Origin: Marsupella aquatica
Lineage: Eukaryota; Plantae; Marchantiophyta
Direction of reading: 5' to 3'
Length of the DNA: 64,000 nucleotides
Assembly (NCBI GenBank): GCA_973895155.1
Contig: OZ316898.1
Location: forward strand, 17,350,752 to 17,414,751
Of this stretch, positions 62,226-64,000 are shown piece by piece. How positions within the stretch are numbered: the stretch's first letter is position 1; each line of letters starts with the position of its first letter. Both the position numbers and the translations under genes were made by a program. The notes under the pieces are model-generated. The model was not told the origin of the DNA. It saw only the letters and a program-made list of their open reading frames with translations, and ran no database searches.

Positions 62226-64000
62226 CCTGTCTCCTCTTATTAGCTCTCGACCGTTCTGACCGACAACGACTCGACTGTGACAGAAGATTTCACGAAGTTC
62301 TCCTCCTCTTGTTGCCGGTCCGAACCAAGCTATTCGCAGGTGGATTTCGAAATCAGGAATTTTCCATTCTACGCCCCAAAATTAGGCGTGGCATTTCAAT
62401 GATAAATGACTGGATTTAAACATTGTCACTTCTCCATTCCACGAAATCCTTCGCCGAATGTGGTCTGCAGTCATACACACAAGAGATGGACAATCAGTCA
62501 AGCTCCTTAAATCATGTGTTTGCCGAAGCAAACGAGAGAAACAGGGACGGCCGTCTTAACTTTTCTACGTAAGTACCGCCTAGGTTTCTCGATGGATAGA
62601 GAGATATGTGTCAATCACGAACAGTGGATCTCATCCACAATCCAGAACGAGAGAAGCACACCTAAATTCAGAATGGTCAGAGCTGAAAGGCGTCGCGTCT
62701 TTAAAAACAATATTGCGGATCAATTTCAAAACATTATGCAACACAAGAACAATGAAACCAAGGGCTCCTTCCTACAAGCATACACTGAATACCTGGCGAT
62801 CAACTTCAAACGTTTGACAATGTGCGAATTGAGGACGGAAAAGAGAGTCTGTAAGTCTGGATTCAAATCTTGTTAAGCATTATTTCATACGATTCTATCT
62901 CTGGCTATAAACATCATTCACTTTTATTCTCCGGAGTCTCTGTCGCTGGATTTAACCACGATAAGCTACAGTGATATAAATTAAGATTAACAAGTATGGG
63001 AAAGAGTGCGTCGATGAAGCCCAAAGAGATCGAGATTTGTGGCAGTCACGACACAAGCAGAAAGGGCATCCAGCAAAGAGAAACATACAGAAAAATTTGG
63101 GAACAATTCACGATCGGCTGCCAACGGAGGATGGCTAACGCCGGAATGGCCAAATGATTCCTGAAAAAATTCCAAGCTGGGAAGGGAGGGGAAGGACCAG
63201 AGAAGAGACGCGGAGATCCCCGGAAAAACAAAAAGAATGAGCTTGTTTCAGCAACAGGCAGGAGCGGACAGAGCGGAGAGAGAATGGGCGACTAGCTCCA
63301 AACTCCATAACCGTACCATAGTCAAGGAAAGCTTTAGTTCTCAGGAAATCTCCACAGGAACAGAAAGCACCTCAAAGGAGAGGCAACGATTCAAACGAGC
63401 CACAGATCATCCAAACAAGGGATAGCCGAGAGCCCACTCCACGAGCAAATTGAGACAAGAGCCAGATCGCCCTTCAAATCATCAGCCCCAGGGAACAAGC
63501 GAGCAGGAAGGCAAGCACCTTCCTGAGTCATAATAGAAGCCAAAACAGAAGCCCACCACCAGGAGACAACCCGGCATTCTTGCAGGCAGACAGGCAACCA
63601 AGAATGACTGCCGCAGAAAAAAAGACACAAACATGAAGGCAAGAAAGAAATGGGAGGCAGACGAGTCACAAATGCAAACCACCAAAAACAGCCTATTGTC
63701 CTGATAAGTCACTCACCCACAAAGAGGAGGCGGGACGACAGTATTGGCAGAAAATGCCCGCTCCGGTCGTTAAGGGAGTGAATCCTCCTTCTCCACCAGG
63801 CTCCAGAACTACTGCTTGACAACGTACGCCGCCACCCCCTTCCTTCCGCTTGCGTAGGAAGTTCCAGTGAACTCACACAACCTCCAGAGAAAGGAGACAC
63901 GAGAAGCTCTTGCAGCACATAGAGTCTCCACATAACAAACCCCCCCGTCGCTGATGAGAAGAATTGAACCATATCACTAATACCACCCCCTGAAAATGCG

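Noticed and set aside
62880-64000. Short ORFs at the right end of the window
   Set aside because: No motifs; the region is cut by the window edge and cannot be assigned.

Overview
Eukaryotic nuclear DNA, most likely from a non-seed land plant (inferred from GT-AG introns, plant-type copia/CACTA elements, a plastid/mitochondrial-type HSP90 fragment and a sideroflexin gene). The first ~38 kb is a nested transposon stack: (1) a decayed Ty1/copia element (1-~4040, minus); (2) a decayed Kolobok-like DNA transposon (transposase 17003-18279 minus, probable KolX partner gene 6738-7132 plus); (3) a complete 6188-bp P-element-superfamily-like transposon (10813-17000; 15-bp TIR CTCGGGGGTCTCACT; 8-bp TSD GTCTAAGG) inserted at the Kolobok stop codon, with two ~290-bp MITE derivatives (10354-10649, 35099-35384), each with its own 8-bp TSD; (4) an LTR-retroelement remnant (18280-29471) whose accessory ORF is split by (5) an 8.5-kb non-autonomous CACTA element (19698-28196, TSD TCT) carrying captured HSP90 exons and introns. 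The right part is genic: intronless ALG11 (39857-41260, +), 11-exon SURF6/RRP14 (47884-44668, -), an unidentified spliced gene (~52.3-55.4 kb, +) partly duplicated ~10 kb upstream, a 140-bp hairpin-containing tandem array (56.2-57.1 kb) and a 3-exon sideroflexin gene (62225-60022, -). The best candidate for an undescribed system is the plant P-like transposon with its MITE family. All coordinates and alignments were made by eye; no searches were run.
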